Assembly: GCF_006345805.1 (NCBI RefSeq)
Contig: NC_043005.1
Span: 74,710,001-74,774,000 of the forward strand
Origin: Octopus sinensis
Lineage: Eukaryota
Length of the DNA stretch: 64,000 nucleotides
Direction: 5' to 3'
A program made the position numbers and the translations under genes. A model generated the notes under the pieces. That model was not told where the DNA came from and did no database searches. It was given only the letters and a program-made list of their open reading frames with translations. Below are positions 51,477 to 64,000 of this stretch, one piece after another; positions within the stretch are counted from its first letter, which is position 1, and every line of letters begins with the position of its first letter.

Positions 51477-51809
51477 TTATTTAATGCTTATGTTCTATAC
51501 TGGCATATATGATGAGCTACTTTCAGTTTCCATCTACTAAATTCACTGACGAGGCGTTGGTCAGCTTGGGGCTATAGTAGAAGACACTAGCCTAAGATGC
51601 CACACATTTAGATTGAACTTGAGACCACATAGATGGAAGCAAGCTTCACAACCACACCATCATGCCTGTACCTAAACGTGTACCAGCCACTGGATGTCGA
51701 AACCCAAGAGTTTTAAATTTAAATTACCCTGAACTTAACCTTTTACACATTACCTCTTTTTACCATTCTCATTTATATAAAAATTAACCAGTGGGTTTAT
51801 TTATTTTAG

Positions 51810-51929
51810 GCACTGGTTGATCCAAGAATTGAGATTATGAAGTCAAAAATTGACAGTATTATTCATGAAGATACAAAATATCAAAAAGGTGTTCTTAATA
51901 TGAAAACTCAGAAGTGTTTTGCTGTAAAG
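51810..51929 (+). CDS. MSH4: MSH4 exon (ALVDPRIEIMKSKID…NMKTQKCFAVK)
   Basis: Matches …KGCLNMRTQKCYAVR; AG/GT. Confidence 0.96.
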
Positions 51930-52723
51930 GTAAATAATTCTATAATGACTATATAATTTCCCTAATTTTCTAATGAGTCATCATTATTTTAGCATGCTCT
52001 TTTCTATGCTTGCATAAGGTGAATGAAGTTCTTTGCAGCAGATTTTCTGTGGCTGGATGCCCTTCCTGTCACCAACCTTTATTTTGTTTCCAAGAAACAT
52101 AATATTTCCTCTTGACCGAACGTGTTTTCATGGAAAATTGGAAACGAATGACACAACTTGTATGATGGTATCACTCATTTACATTCATCACACGATGTTA
52201 AGACAAGGAGACACACACACTCACCCATACACAAATGCATACATACATACATACATTCACATACATACATACACACATACATGCACATACACATACACAC
52301 AGACACACACATGCATGCACACTCACACACACACACACACACACACAACACACTTCTTTAACACACTTCTACCAAATCCACTCACAAGGCTTCGGTCAGT
52401 CTGGAGCTATAGTAGAAGGTTTCATGCAGTGGAACTGAACCAGAGATCATGTGGTTGGAAAGCAAACTGCTTCACTATACAGCCATGCCTACTATGTAAC
52501 TAGTATTTATTTCAACACAGCTAAAAATAGGATTTTTTTCATTACTCTTTTACTCTTTTACTTCAGTCATTTGACTGGCCATGCTGAAGCACTGCTTTTA
52601 GTCGAGCAAATCGACCTCAGGACTTATTCTTTGTAAGCCTAGTACTTATTCTATCGGTCTCTTTTGCAAAAATGTGAAAGACTATTTGAAGTTAGGAAAT
52701 TTCTGTGGAAGAGACTTTTTCCT

Positions 52724-52760
<37 letters not shown>

Positions 52761-53077
52761 ATGTATGTATCTGTCTTTCTCTTTCTTCTTTTTTTTTTTG
52801 TCAGCATACAATTTATATAATTTTGTAATGTTTTGCAGGGTTTTTAAAAAATAATTTCACCTAATGTAAAATTTAAAACTAACTTTGACTCATAAGATCT
52901 AAAATTTTTCATTCAGTAGATTTTTTTAAAATATGAATTTACAACTAGAAAAAATTTTTCAAAACAGAAAACACAAAAGACAAAACTCTTGAAAAGACTT
53001 GTTTTATTTTGAGGAAAAACATTCTATAAGATTTTGAAATAACAGTATTTACATTTATTTATTTTTTTATTTTGTAG

Positions 53078-53090
53078 CCAAATATAAATG
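53078..53090 (+). CDS. MSH4: MSH4 13-nt microexon (PNIN+G)
   Basis: TTTTGTAG|CCAAATATAAATG|GTAAGT. Supplies the missing residues (human SNIN) and the required phase 0 to 1 change. Confidence 0.92.
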
Positions 53091-55009
53091 GTAAGTACAA
53101 AAATGTTTCCATATTACGGTAAATCTCTTGAGAAAAATATTCTAAGATTCCAATAGCACATGATGTTTGTTTTATTCCTGTTTAGAAAGGTTATTATCTG
53201 TGCTATGCTGATTTTTAAGGTACAATTTTTTTATCAATAATGGCTTTCAAATTTCTAAGATTGTCTGATTCTCCAATAATATTTTATTTCATGCCAGGTG
53301 AAATGCTTAGTGGTATTTCATCTGCCGTTACGTTCTGAGTTCAAATTCCGCTGAGATTGACTTTGCCTTTCATCCTTTCGGGGTCGATAAATTAAGTACT
53401 AGTTATTTACTGGCATCAATGTAATCTACTTAATCCGTTTGTCTGTCCTTGTTTGTCCTCTCTGTGTATAGCCCCTTGTGGGTAGTAAAGAAATAGGTAT
53501 TTCACCTGTCTTTATGTTCTGAGTTCAAATTCTGTCAAGGTTGACTTTGCCTTTCATCCTTTTGGTGAGGGGGTGGGGGGCAATAAATTAAGTACCAGTT
53601 GCATACTGGGGTCAATCTAATTGACTGGCCCCCTCCCCTAAAATTTCGGGCCTTGTGCCTAGAGTAGAAAAGAATATTTTATTGAAGAGAAACTAGCTGT
53701 TAATATTTTCTGCCTTGATAAAGTGGTAAGCTGGCTGAATCATTAACATCCCGGACAAAATGCTGAGCAGCATTTCATCTGTCTTTATGTTCTGAGTTCA
53801 AATTCTGCTAAGGTCGACTTTGCCTTTCATCCTTTCAGGGTCGATAAAATAAGTACCAGTTAACACTGGAGTTGATATAATCAAGTCATTCCCTTCCCTT
53901 GAAATTGCTGGCCTTGTGCCAAAATTTGAAATCAATATTTTCTACATTGTTAAAGCATCAAGCTGGCAGAATCGTTAGTGTGTTGGGCAAAATGCTTGGT
54001 AGCGTTTTGTTTGTCATTATGTTCTGGGTTCAAATTCCGCTAAGGTCAATTTTTCCTTTCATCCTTTCAGTGTTGATAAAATATATACCAGTTTGACACT
54101 GGGGTGAATGTAATCAACTTGACCCATCTTCCAAAATGACTGGCTTTGTGTCAGTATTTGAAAACATTATTATTATTATTATTATTAATGTGTCTGTGTA
54201 CATATATATGTAGAGATAGATAAACAGACTGACAAACATGCATCTGGCATTCACACACGCACACACACACACACACACATGCAAGCAAATACCCACGACA
54301 TCATCATCTTCAAGTCTTAGGATTCAAAGGGCCAGTTATCTAGTTTCTATGGTGCATAAGTGACTGAGATCGCAATACTCCCTCTAAATGAGATGCCAGT
54401 TCATCGTACGGTTACTCATTTACAGGGACCAAAACCACAATGTTGCAATTATGAGAGCAATACCCTAACCACCAGGTCACGCAACTTCACAAACCAGTGA
54501 GAAGAGGACCTTTAAGTGGCCATCTGATATGCCAGAAGTGGGAGTTAAATCTTTTAAGCAAAACCCTGCTGTTTTAAAGAAAAGAGATACATTGGATAAC
54601 GCAGTTTGGAGTACACTATAACTAATAAAAATAAAGGTGGGATAGTCATATTTGGAATGCCTTATAAGCCTACCCAGTTAGAACATATCTGTAGCCAAAC
54701 AACATAAAAATGTCATTAACCTTAGAAACCCAACCCTCGTTCTATCTTGATGTCATTTCTATGTTGTGACATTTATTTCAAAGGAACTACCTTGCAGAGG
54801 AAAAACTGGATTTACTAACTATCACAATTCACTCTGCCCACCTACATCAATTAGTTTCTTTTCTTTTATTTCTCTTTTCATTTCTGACTGTTTATTTCTC
54901 TCTTTCTTTCTTATATTAATTTTGAAAATACCTCCTTTGCAATGCAACCAGTTCATTATTTATTGCTATATGTTGGAAACAATGACGCAGCATTTGATCT
55001 TTTCTTCAC

Positions 55010-55047
<38 letters not shown>

Positions 55048-55482
55048 CCCTTTCTTCTCTACTGTCACCTCTCTCTATATCTACTGCCCACCCTCTCTTT
55101 CCTTCTCTCTCTCTCCTCTCCTTCTCTCTTTCCTTTTCTTTCTTCCCTCTCTCCTTCTCTCTCTCTCATGCTGTATCTCTAACATTCATTAAATTTATCG
55201 AAGCTTAACTGGGCTCAGACAAAGACAGCTTGGAAGTCACAGGATTTAGTAGTAATTTTTGAAATAGACACAAGCCTTTGAATTTTGGATAGTAGTACTA
55301 TTAAATGACCTCTTCATTATGTGAGCTCTTCAATCCCCAATACCTGTACTTTATTTTATTGACCCTAGAGGGATAAAAGGCAAAACTGACCTCAAGCAGC
55401 AATCTTATTGCTTACTTATACATTCAGTTTATTTTTACACACGTTTACATGTAGTTGGTTTCATTTCTTTTGATTACATATA

Positions 55483-55880
55483 TTGCCAAAGAAATATTAT
55501 TGTCATTTTTCCATTGGTTGATATAACTGCTCATATAGGAATTCTAAGAAGTAGTTAATGAATATTTGTATGTAATTTCGGTTCTTTAAAGTCAAGTTGA
55601 GCAGTTATAAAAACCCTGGATTTTGGGAAAAAATTCAATGTTTGTTGGATGTAACTAAACTCCACGACACTCACTCCTTTGAGACATTGGTGATTTTTCA
55701 TGCCATGTCCAAGAAAAATCCAGCAAACACTGAAGTTTTTCCCCAAATCCAGTGTTTTTATAACTGCTCAACTTTAAAGAACCGAAATTACATAAAAATA
55801 TTCTTTAACTACTTCTTAGAATTCCTATATGAACAGTTATATTAACCAATGGAAAAACAACAATAATATTTCTTCGGCAA
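55483..55880. mobile_element. Foldback MITE, ~170-bp arms, TA flanks
   Basis: TA|TTGCCAAAGAAATATTATTG…CAATAATATTTCTTCGGCAA|TA. Confidence 0.75.
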
Positions 55881-56171
55881 TACGACATTACTTCATATTG
55901 CCAGCTACCACAAATTGGCGCACTATTTTAAAAATGGCTACTGGCTACACATATTATCATTTTACTCTATTGCCTATGACTTGTTCATTTGCTATACTAA
56001 CTTCAAGAAACTGGTCAACTACCTGATCAGGGGAATACATAAATCAAATGAACTTTATACTCACTAGAAAGCAAAACAGACAGCAAATTGTGAATACTAA
56101 ATTTTCCCTATTAACGATTGCACCACTTGACATAAAACTAGAGACCAACAACCTCAGGATAAGATCTAGAC

Positions 56172-56432
56172 CAGTGGTTCTCAGCCGGAGTGCATTTAAA
56201 AACATTTTGGTGGGGTCCACAATAGTATTTTAAGTGTTCATGTAAAGTTTTGATTTAAATGTATCTATTGAAAGAAACAGTAAATTTTCTTTCTCTAATG
56301 TTTTACATAGTTCGACTTAAGCAAGTTAATGTGTGAATAACAAAATAGGAATTTTGAAAGAAATATCTATCAAACTAGTTTTTAAACATGAAATGGCTAT
56401 GGAGGTTCATCAGAATAAAATAGTAAGCACTA
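56172..56432. mobile_element. hAT-Charlie-type MITE
   Basis: CAGTGGTTCTC left end; decayed right end; flanks ATCTAGAC and ATTTAGAT (NTCTAGAN-type 8-bp TSD). Confidence 0.55.
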
Positions 56433-56730
56433 ATTTAGATAAACAGGGAGGAGGACAGTGAAACAGCAGAAAAAGTAATCTATGAGACTAAATTACCCAT
56501 TGTTTTTAGTGTTGTATCTCTTCATTCTAAGTTTTAATGAGAGTTGATTATTTAGTTTCCAGTCGTAGGAGTGGCTGTGTGGTAAGTAGCTTGCTTATGA
56601 ACCACATGGTTCTGGGTTCAGTCCCACTGTGTAGCACCTTGGGCAAGTGTCTTCTACTATAGCCTCAGGCCGACCAAAGCCTTGTGAGTGGATTTGGTAG
56701 ATGGAAACTGAAAGAAGCCCGTTGTATATA

Positions 56731-56783
<53 letters not shown>

Positions 56784-57049
56784 GTGTGTGTCTATGTTTG
56801 TGTGCTTGTGTTTGTTCCCCCCAACATTGCTTGACAACGATGCTGGTGTATTTATGTCCCCCGTAACTTAGCAGTTCGGCAAAAGAGACCCATAGAATAA
56901 GTACTAGGCTTACAAAGAATATGTTCTGGGTTCAGTTTACTTGACTAAAAGGCGGTGCTCCAGCATAGCCACAGTCAAATGACTGAAACAAGTAAAGAGA
57001 GAATCATACACTGGAATCTGTTCTGTTAATTATGTTTCCCCTCCAAATT

Positions 57050-57420
57050 CTCTGTGGCTCTTCAGCATGGACACTGAACAAGAAGAGACTTGCAAAGAAG
57101 CTTGGTGGTACATACATGAGAATGCTTTGTGCAGTTCTCAATCTTTCTTGCCAGAAAGACTGCTATATAGTCATTACAAAGTAGCGACTATATGGCAGTC
57201 TTCCTATCATCACCTCAATAATCAGAGTAAGGAGAATATGTTATGCAGGACACTGCTGGAGAAGCAAGGATGAAATATTCAGTAATCTCCTTTTCTGGAA
57301 ACCAATATCAGAAAAATCAAGAACATATATTAATCAAGTTGTGGAAGACACTGGATATCAAGTTAAGAATATCAAAGATGGGGACATTTGGCATGGAAGA
57401 GTTGCATTGGTCTGGGTAAG
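57050..57420 (+). pseudogene. Decayed RTE-type LINE RT C-terminus
   Basis: LCGSSAWTLNKK…GTYMRML…RRICYAGHCWRSKDE. Confidence 0.7.
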
Positions 57421-58205
57421 TCACCTGACTGGATAGATACAAATTTGTAACATTGCTTTTAGATAATCAAGATGAGAGGATAATAATGAAAGAATAATTA
57501 AGATGAATCCCATTCTGGAATGGATACCTCAGTAGTTAAGTTAAACAAATCAGCAGCAGAGTAAGCTATTATTAAAATGGCATCAGTTATAAGAGGGCTG
57601 CTAACATTTTCCCTGGATGGAATGTCAGTCCATTGCAGGGCTCCCCATCTACAGCTGAGTGGACTGGACCAATACCAAATGAAGCATTTGATTCAAGAAT
57701 ACAACACACTGCTAGTCAAGGAATTGAAACCACAGTCACAAGATCATAAGTGCAACACCCTAACCACTTGGTCACACACCTTCACACACACACACATCAG
57801 GTGCAATCTCCCTGTGCACTATACTTACTTCTCTCACCCACCTTCCCCACCATGTGAAAATAATGAAATTATTTTCTCAGTTTTTTAATACTTGTTTGTT
57901 TTTCTCTTTTTGTATGTCTATTCAATTTAACATTATTTATACTCAAAAAAAAAAAAGAAAAGATATTGGTAAAAAAAAATTGTGTGAAATTTTTTTATTC
58001 AATATGACTATAATCTTAAAAAATAGAATATTTACATGGAATGGGTATTAGTTATCATTTTAACTTCCTTGATACCAGTCTACACTTGGTTCTATGATAC
58101 AGACTTTTGGTTTTAAGGTGATCTGAATAAAAACCTTCCATCAAAATTTCCTTTAAATTTATGTTCCAAACATTAACATAATAATAACTAAGTTATTTCT
58201 CAGGG

Positions 58206-58427
58206 TATCAGTCGTTATCTGACAGGTTTATAGTTGAACCTATGGCAGTTGAGACCGCTGGTGTTCTTGGTTCCTGGAGCATATTCCTGTTCACTGCTAT
58301 CAGAGCAGAGATTGCTGTCTGCAAATGCGAGCCCTGCTAGTTAGATTGGCTGTTCCAATGCATCTCCCTCACTATCGTCCAGGGTAATACCTTTTCCATG
58401 CTGTCTCTTGAGGCCATGAGTCCTTAA
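58206..58427 (+). pseudogene. CRE-like (restriction-like endonuclease) non-LTR retrotransposon C-terminal fragment
   Basis: YQSLSDRFIVEPMAVETAGVLG…WLFQCISLTIVQGNTFSML matches KY..L…P.AVET.G..G…FQRIS.A…GNA; one internal stop. Confidence 0.7.
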
Positions 58428-58780
58428 AATAAGATATAAGCACTGTAAAGTGGTTAGTAATAAGAATGGCATCCACTCATAGAAAGCAGTTTTCAAAATT
58501 AACTGAAATAAAGATGATATATTTTAACAGAAATATTATAATAAAAAGGCTTAAGAGCGATGTATTAGCAGAATTTTTTAAGTAATTACAAAATACCTTG
58601 TGGTATTTGTTTATACTTCTCTATATTATGAGTTCAAGTTCCACCAGGGTTCAATTTAGCTTTCATCCATACAGTGATTGATAAAATAAAGTACCTGTTA
58701 TGTATTGCGATTAATGTGTGTGCTTATGTTAGAAATCATTACCATAGTCCTCTCAGATCATGATTTATGTTTTATTACAG

Positions 58781-58834
58781 GATTATTAGATGTGGCTCGC
58801 AGAACTTACACAGAGATTATTGATGATATTGCAG
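58781..58834 (+). CDS. MSH4: MSH4 exon (GLLDVARRTYTEIIDDIA)
   Basis: Matches FLDIARRTYTEIVDDIA. Confidence 0.96.
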
Positions 58835-59092
58835 GTAATTAAAAACATTTAAGAATACATAATCAAAATATCCCAACAAGATGTCTTCAACAAAACTTAA
58901 ATAATAATTGTGTGTGTATGTGTGGGTGTGTTGTGTGTGTGTGGGTGAGTGTGTGTGTGTAAATTTATACAACATGGAGATGGAAAAAACAAGTTTTAAT
59001 CATAAATTACATCATTTGTTTCTGCACCAGACAACAGCTTTAAGTTACTGAGTTTTCATTCATGTACTATTACATAAAATTATTTTAGAACA

Positions 59093-59488
59093 TAACTAGC
59101 AGTATCACCCAGCGTTGCTCAGGTTTGTTTCGACCCTTTACAATTGGAATTTTTGAAAAGTAAAAATTTTGCATTATGTAACTTGTTATTCTCTTTAAGT
59201 GAACATTTTTCTGGTTGAAATACACCAAAAAAAGGCGATACAGCAGTCAAAAAATCGTAAAAAATAGGGATTTTCATAGAAAAAAAAAGCATCTTTTTGA
59301 TGTAAAATGTTTTTGGTGTTAACATGGTCCAATTTGAATTTTATCTTCTACGGAATGAAGAGCAAGCCTTCTTCTATCATACACTCAATTTTGGCCAACT
59401 TGTGCCGCAGGGTCTTGGAGGAGATAGTGTTAGTTGAAGACTACCAAACCTGCCATACACAGACAACTTCAGCTTTATATATAAAGAT
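59093..59488 (+). mobile_element. Non-autonomous Helitron/Helentron-like (HINE-type) element
   Basis: Starts TAACTAGCAGTATCACCCAGCGTTGCTCAGG and ends GCTTTATATATAAAGAT, the typical termini of this class. Confidence 0.6.
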
Positions 59489-59771
59489 TACATAAATAGA
59501 TATGATTCAGGAACAGCTGTGTGTCAGTTCTTCACCGGGTAGAATGGGTTTAAAGCATTATGTTATAAAATAATTTTATGTAATAGTACTTGAATAAGAA
59601 CTTCTATAGTAAGCTTTACTTTTGTTCCACTAGAGATAACAAAATAAATCCAAGTGTGTATTGTTGTTTGGTTCAACCAACCTCATCAAATGTTTGACCT
59701 TGTGCTAATCATAACAAATCATTATAACAACATATATTAACGATGTTTATAACCCTATTATATTTAATTAG

Positions 59772-59956
59772 AATTGGTTCGACAGTTATCAGAAAAGTAT
59801 AAATTACCCTTAAAGACCAGCTACAATTCTACACGTGGTTTCTTCATGCAACTGTATTCTGGGAACAAAGACAAATATATGGTTGATTCACTACCTTCGA
59901 TCTTCATAAAAGTCAGCAAGCACAAAAATACTTTGAGTTTCACAACTGTTGATCTT
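59772..59956 (+). CDS. MSH4: MSH4 exon (ELVRQLSEKYKLPLKTSYNSTRGFFMQL…LSFTTVDL), clamp region
   Basis: Matches [20 protein letters not shown]…SFTSADL. Confidence 0.96.
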
Positions 59957-60119
59957 GTAAGTCATTGCACCATTTCTAAACTGCCAATGGGCATTATTTT
60001 TGTTTATGATAAACAACAACAATTGTTTCATCTTCAAGATGCACTTATGGGACTTACCCTGAAATTAGGTTTTGGTACTGTATTTATCATGTATTTTCTT
60101 AACCGTAATCCTTTAACCT

Positions 60120-60151
<32 letters not shown>

Positions 60152-60722
60152 ACACAATGTATGTTAGGGGTTATGAGTGTAACCCACTAAGGAATAGTAT
60201 TTATCTAATATACTGTTGGTAAAGTACCCAGATTCTTAATACATAAATGTTTTTAATTGCAGTGCAATTAACTTATTTATTGTATTAAACAGGTGAAGGT
60301 AAAAAAATATTTTACCGTTAATTTATAATACAAATAAGAAAATGGAGAAACAAATTTAGTTTGTTCATCAACTTTCGGATATTAGAATGTTGGATTATTT
60401 ATTCATTTAACAAAATGAGAACCTTAATAGCATACATATATATCTTATAATTCAATACATATAAGATTAGAATACAAATTATAAAAATCATAATAAATTA
60501 TTGAAATCGTACTAGCGAGTGGACAAATGGAAGAAAAGGGCACTTGACACATATAGTAGTAGTTACATGTATTATTCAAAACAATTTGATTTCAGGCTTT
60601 GGATTGCTGTATAGAGAAATCTCTCCATATGGCAAGCCAAATCCTGAAAGAGACAGGCTTCTCTTAGAGGCCTGTGAAACTTTAAGTCACATGGAACTGT
60701 ATCAAACTGTTCTATACACACA

Positions 60723-60758
<36 letters not shown>

Positions 60759-61238
60759 GATAGATATAGATATATATTTATTTATTTATTTATTTATATA
60801 TACCAGCCCTGTTCAAACTGTCCAACCCATGCCAGCATGGACAATGGACATTAAATGACAATGATGATGATGTGTGTGTTTTTGTGTTTGTGTTGTCTTT
60901 GTCCCTCACCTCACTGCTTGAGAACTGGTATTGGTTTATTTATGTTCCCATAATTTAGCAGTTCTGTAAAAGTGTCTGATAGAATATATATTAGACTTAA
61001 AAAATAAGTACCGGGATCGATTTGTTCTATTAGACCTTTTAAGGATGTACTCCAGCATGGCCAGAGTGCAATGATTGAAATAAGTAAAAGATAAATGAAA
61101 AGATATAAAAGCATTTAGAAGTTGCCTCTTCAGTTCTAATGTTCTTGTGAGATAACAATTTGTTATTGATGTTGTCAATAATTTTACAACTAAATTCTAT
61201 ATAAATATATTAATTTAATTTTATTTATTTTTTTGCAG

Positions 61239-61251
61239 ATAAAACTCAATG
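61239..61251 (+). CDS. MSH4: MSH4 13-nt microexon (IKLN+D)
   Basis: TTTTGCAG|ATAAAACTCAATG|GTAAGT. Supplies the IKMN equivalent and the phase 0 to 1 change. Confidence 0.92.
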
Positions 61252-62704
61252 GTAAGTTGTTGTTTTTCCCCCCCATTAGTCAACTGATATTTCACTAGGC
61301 AAGCTAAATGATTGCTTAAGGCACCAAAATAGGTGCAGACATGGCTGTGTTGTAAGAAGTTTGCTTTCCAACCACATGGTTCTGGGTTCAGTTCCACTGT
61401 GTGGCATCTTGGGCAAGTGTTTTCTATTAACCCTTTCATTACTGTATTTATTTTCAGATGCTCTGTGTTTCTTTCAGTTACTTTAAATATAACAAAGAAT
61501 TTAGTAAAATAACTTAGTTATCATTAAGCTAGTGTTAGGAACATAAATTTTGACTAAGGTTTGATGGGAGATTTTAATTCAAAATTTATGAAAACAAGAC
61601 ATTTGTACTACAGGGCCAGAGCCAGTTTCAGCTGGGTGGGTTAAAGCAGCCTCTTTGTGAGTGAATTTGGTAAATGGAAACTGAAAGAAGCCTATTGTAT
61701 CTACATGTGTGTGTCCTTGTGTGTGTGTGTGTGTGTCTGTGTGTGTTATTGTCCCCTACCGCTGCTTGACAGCCAGTGTTGGTGTGTTTATGTCCCCCAT
61801 AACTTAGCAGTTCAGCAATGGAATAAGTACCAGACTTAAAACAAAATAGGTACTGGGGTTAATTCACTCAACTAAAATTTTTCAAGTCAGTGCTTCGGCA
61901 TAACCATTGTCAAATGACTGAAACAAATAGAAGATAAGCAAAGATACTGAACGACATGAGTGAAGTTTCTTAATCTAACTAAAGTTACAAAATTTAGTAA
62001 TAAATTAACAGGTGAGGTCACACCCAGAATAGAGGAGAATTGAGGAGAGAGGGCAGAATGAGGCAACGGAAACAAGGGAGTCATGATATACAGGATTATA
62101 AATCTATATATTTCTTGTTTGCAAATGAATTATAATTTTCTACAGCATTTTTCAGTTGGTTTAAAGAAGTGTGTGGTTGGTGGAAGTTGCAGATAAAAAT
62201 TGGAAAAGCAGGTGGTGCACATTGTCAAGTTGATAAAAAAGGGGGGGGGGCACACATTATAAGAAAGGCCAAAAGGCATTGAATATCCTAGTCCTGGTCT
62301 TGTCACAAAGTATCAGATTCAGCCATAATCTCAAGCTCTTCTTTATTTTATTATTAACACTAACTCTAATGTGGTGAGCCGGCAGAATCATTAGCATGCC
62401 AGACAAAATGCCAATTGGCATTTTATTTGTCTGCATGTTCTGAGTTCAAATTCTGTCAAGGTTGACTTTACCTTTCATCCTTTCAGGGCTGATAAAATAA
62501 ATACTAGTTGAACACTGCAGCCGAAATTTCAGTCCTTGTGCCTCTAGTAGAAAGGGTTATTGTCACTGACTTTAACGTAGCAAGTTATCAGAGTGGACAA
62601 AGTGCTTAGTAGCATTTCTTCCAGCTCTTTATGTTCTGAATTCAAATACTGCTGAGGTCAGTTTTGCCTTTCATCCTTTCAGAGTTGTCGTTGTCGCTGC
62701 CATC

Positions 62705-63701
62705 ACATCTGTTTTTTACAGGTACAAAAGATCCAAGGACAATAGAAAGGAGGTGAGAGATGTGAGGAGGATAGGGATGTCAAGACATCAGAGATGGTTG
62801 AGAAAATTTGTATTTTCTTGATAAAGACCATCATGTATCTATAGAGACAGTAATCACAACAGTTTGGAGTTGGTTTGGCAACTGTATACAGAATTATTCA
62901 ATAAGATCTGAATATGGGTAAAATTTGTGCAAAGTGTGTTCCCAGGTGCTCACTGACAAACAGAAGGAAAGATGCATTGGTGACAACAGGGAGATGGTTG
63001 AGCTTATTACCTCAAATCCAAGAGTACTCGAGTCTCTGCTGACCTATGACGAAAGCTGGAGCTACTGTTATGATCCAGAGACCAAGAGACAACCTGACTA
63101 AGGGAAGCATCCTGGCTCCCTCAGATCCAAGAAGGCCAGGCAAAGCAAGTCTACTAGGAAGTTTATGATGATTCTCTTGTTCAATAGCAAGGGAATAAAT
63201 TACATCCACTGGGTTCCCTCTGGTCAGATGGTCAACAAAGAGAACTTTGTTGAGGTTTTGAGGGAATTCCAGAAGGGATTTCGTCACAAAAGGCATGAAT
63301 TCTTCCACTCCAGTCAGTGACAACTACACCAGAACATTGCACCAGTTTACAGTTCCATCTTGGTAACCAACTATTTGACAGAGATGAACATCAAATGTGT
63401 CCCTCACCCTCCCTACCATCCAGACCTTGCTCCCTGTGATGTTTGGTTATTCTTCAAGCTGAAGGAGAACCTCAGAGGCAGTCAGTTTGAAGACATTGAG
63501 AAGATGAATGAGATTGTGACAAGGGTTGTGGATATCACCACTTTGGATAATTTCTATGGGGCCTTTACAAAGTGGCTGGAATGCTACAGCAGGTGCACTG
63601 AAGTTGGAGGATCCTACTTTGAAGATTTGAGTTTTGTAATTCTTTGAACTTAATAAATGCTTCTCTAAAAAAGTCTCAAAACCTTTGGAATGCACCTTGT
63701 A
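62705..63701 (+). mobile_element. 5'-truncated decayed mariner transposase with right TIR
   Basis: TYDESWSYCYDPETKRQ and PHPPYHPDLAPCDVWLF; ends AAAACCTTTGGAATGCACCTTG|TA. Confidence 0.85.
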
Positions 63702-63938
63702 TATACATGCAGAAAATGTGTACAGGATCTCCTCCCCCACCCTCTCTCTTTTACATACACGCTATTAATATATTTTTTTAAAGGTGATTTGAATGTATTT
63801 CTGAACTGAATATATTTCATGACATGAGATTATGATGTTGGTGAACTGTTTCTTTTTTCCTTATATATTGTTATCTATTGGTTAACAAACTATTATATAT
63901 TATATATTCCAGTTATTCTGGTTTTTCCTTTTTCACAG

Positions 63939-63984
63939 ATCGTGTCAAAGAATCTCTGCAAGAAATTTACCTAATGACTAACAT
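63939..63984 (+). CDS. MSH4: MSH4 exon (DRVKESLQEIYLMTN); gene continues past the window end
   Basis: Matches ERCQESLREIYHMTY; CAG/GTAAGT. Confidence 0.95.
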
Positions 63985-64000
63985 GTAAGTTTTTTTTAAC

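Noticed and set aside
1-64000. CRISPR arrays, rRNA, prokaryotic operons or defence systems
   Set aside because: No regularly spaced repeat-spacer structure and no rRNA similarity; the window is intron-rich animal DNA.

Overview
Eukaryotic, AT-rich, repeat-dense genomic DNA. The SINE/MITE repertoire and microsatellite load look like an octopus (coleoid cephalopod) genome; this is pattern recognition, not a database result. The only host gene I can support is the 5' part (about 540 codons) of a + strand MSH4 (meiotic MutS homolog). I reconstructed it by hand as 15 phase-consistent exons from ~29.1 kb to the window end, including two 13-nt frame-shifting microexons absent from the ORF track. The ATPase domain lies beyond the window. 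The rest is mobile-element debris: a head-to-tail array of ORF1-only Tx1/L1-like elements (1-4.1 kb); decayed mariner, RTE, CR1 and CRE-like fragments; piggyBac, pogo, hAT, Merlin and Helentron-type MITEs; and dozens of tRNA-derived SINEs. The most unusual signal is a set of small non-coding elements carrying type I hammerhead ribozyme motifs. Three of them sit within 2.6 kb in the first MSH4 introns and are built as head-to-head inverted dimers: a tRNA-headed palindrome with a 13-bp TSD, a ~325-nt-period retrozyme-like element with a TSD, and a 250-bp foldback. Further minimal hammerheads occur at 12967, 13902 and 23944.
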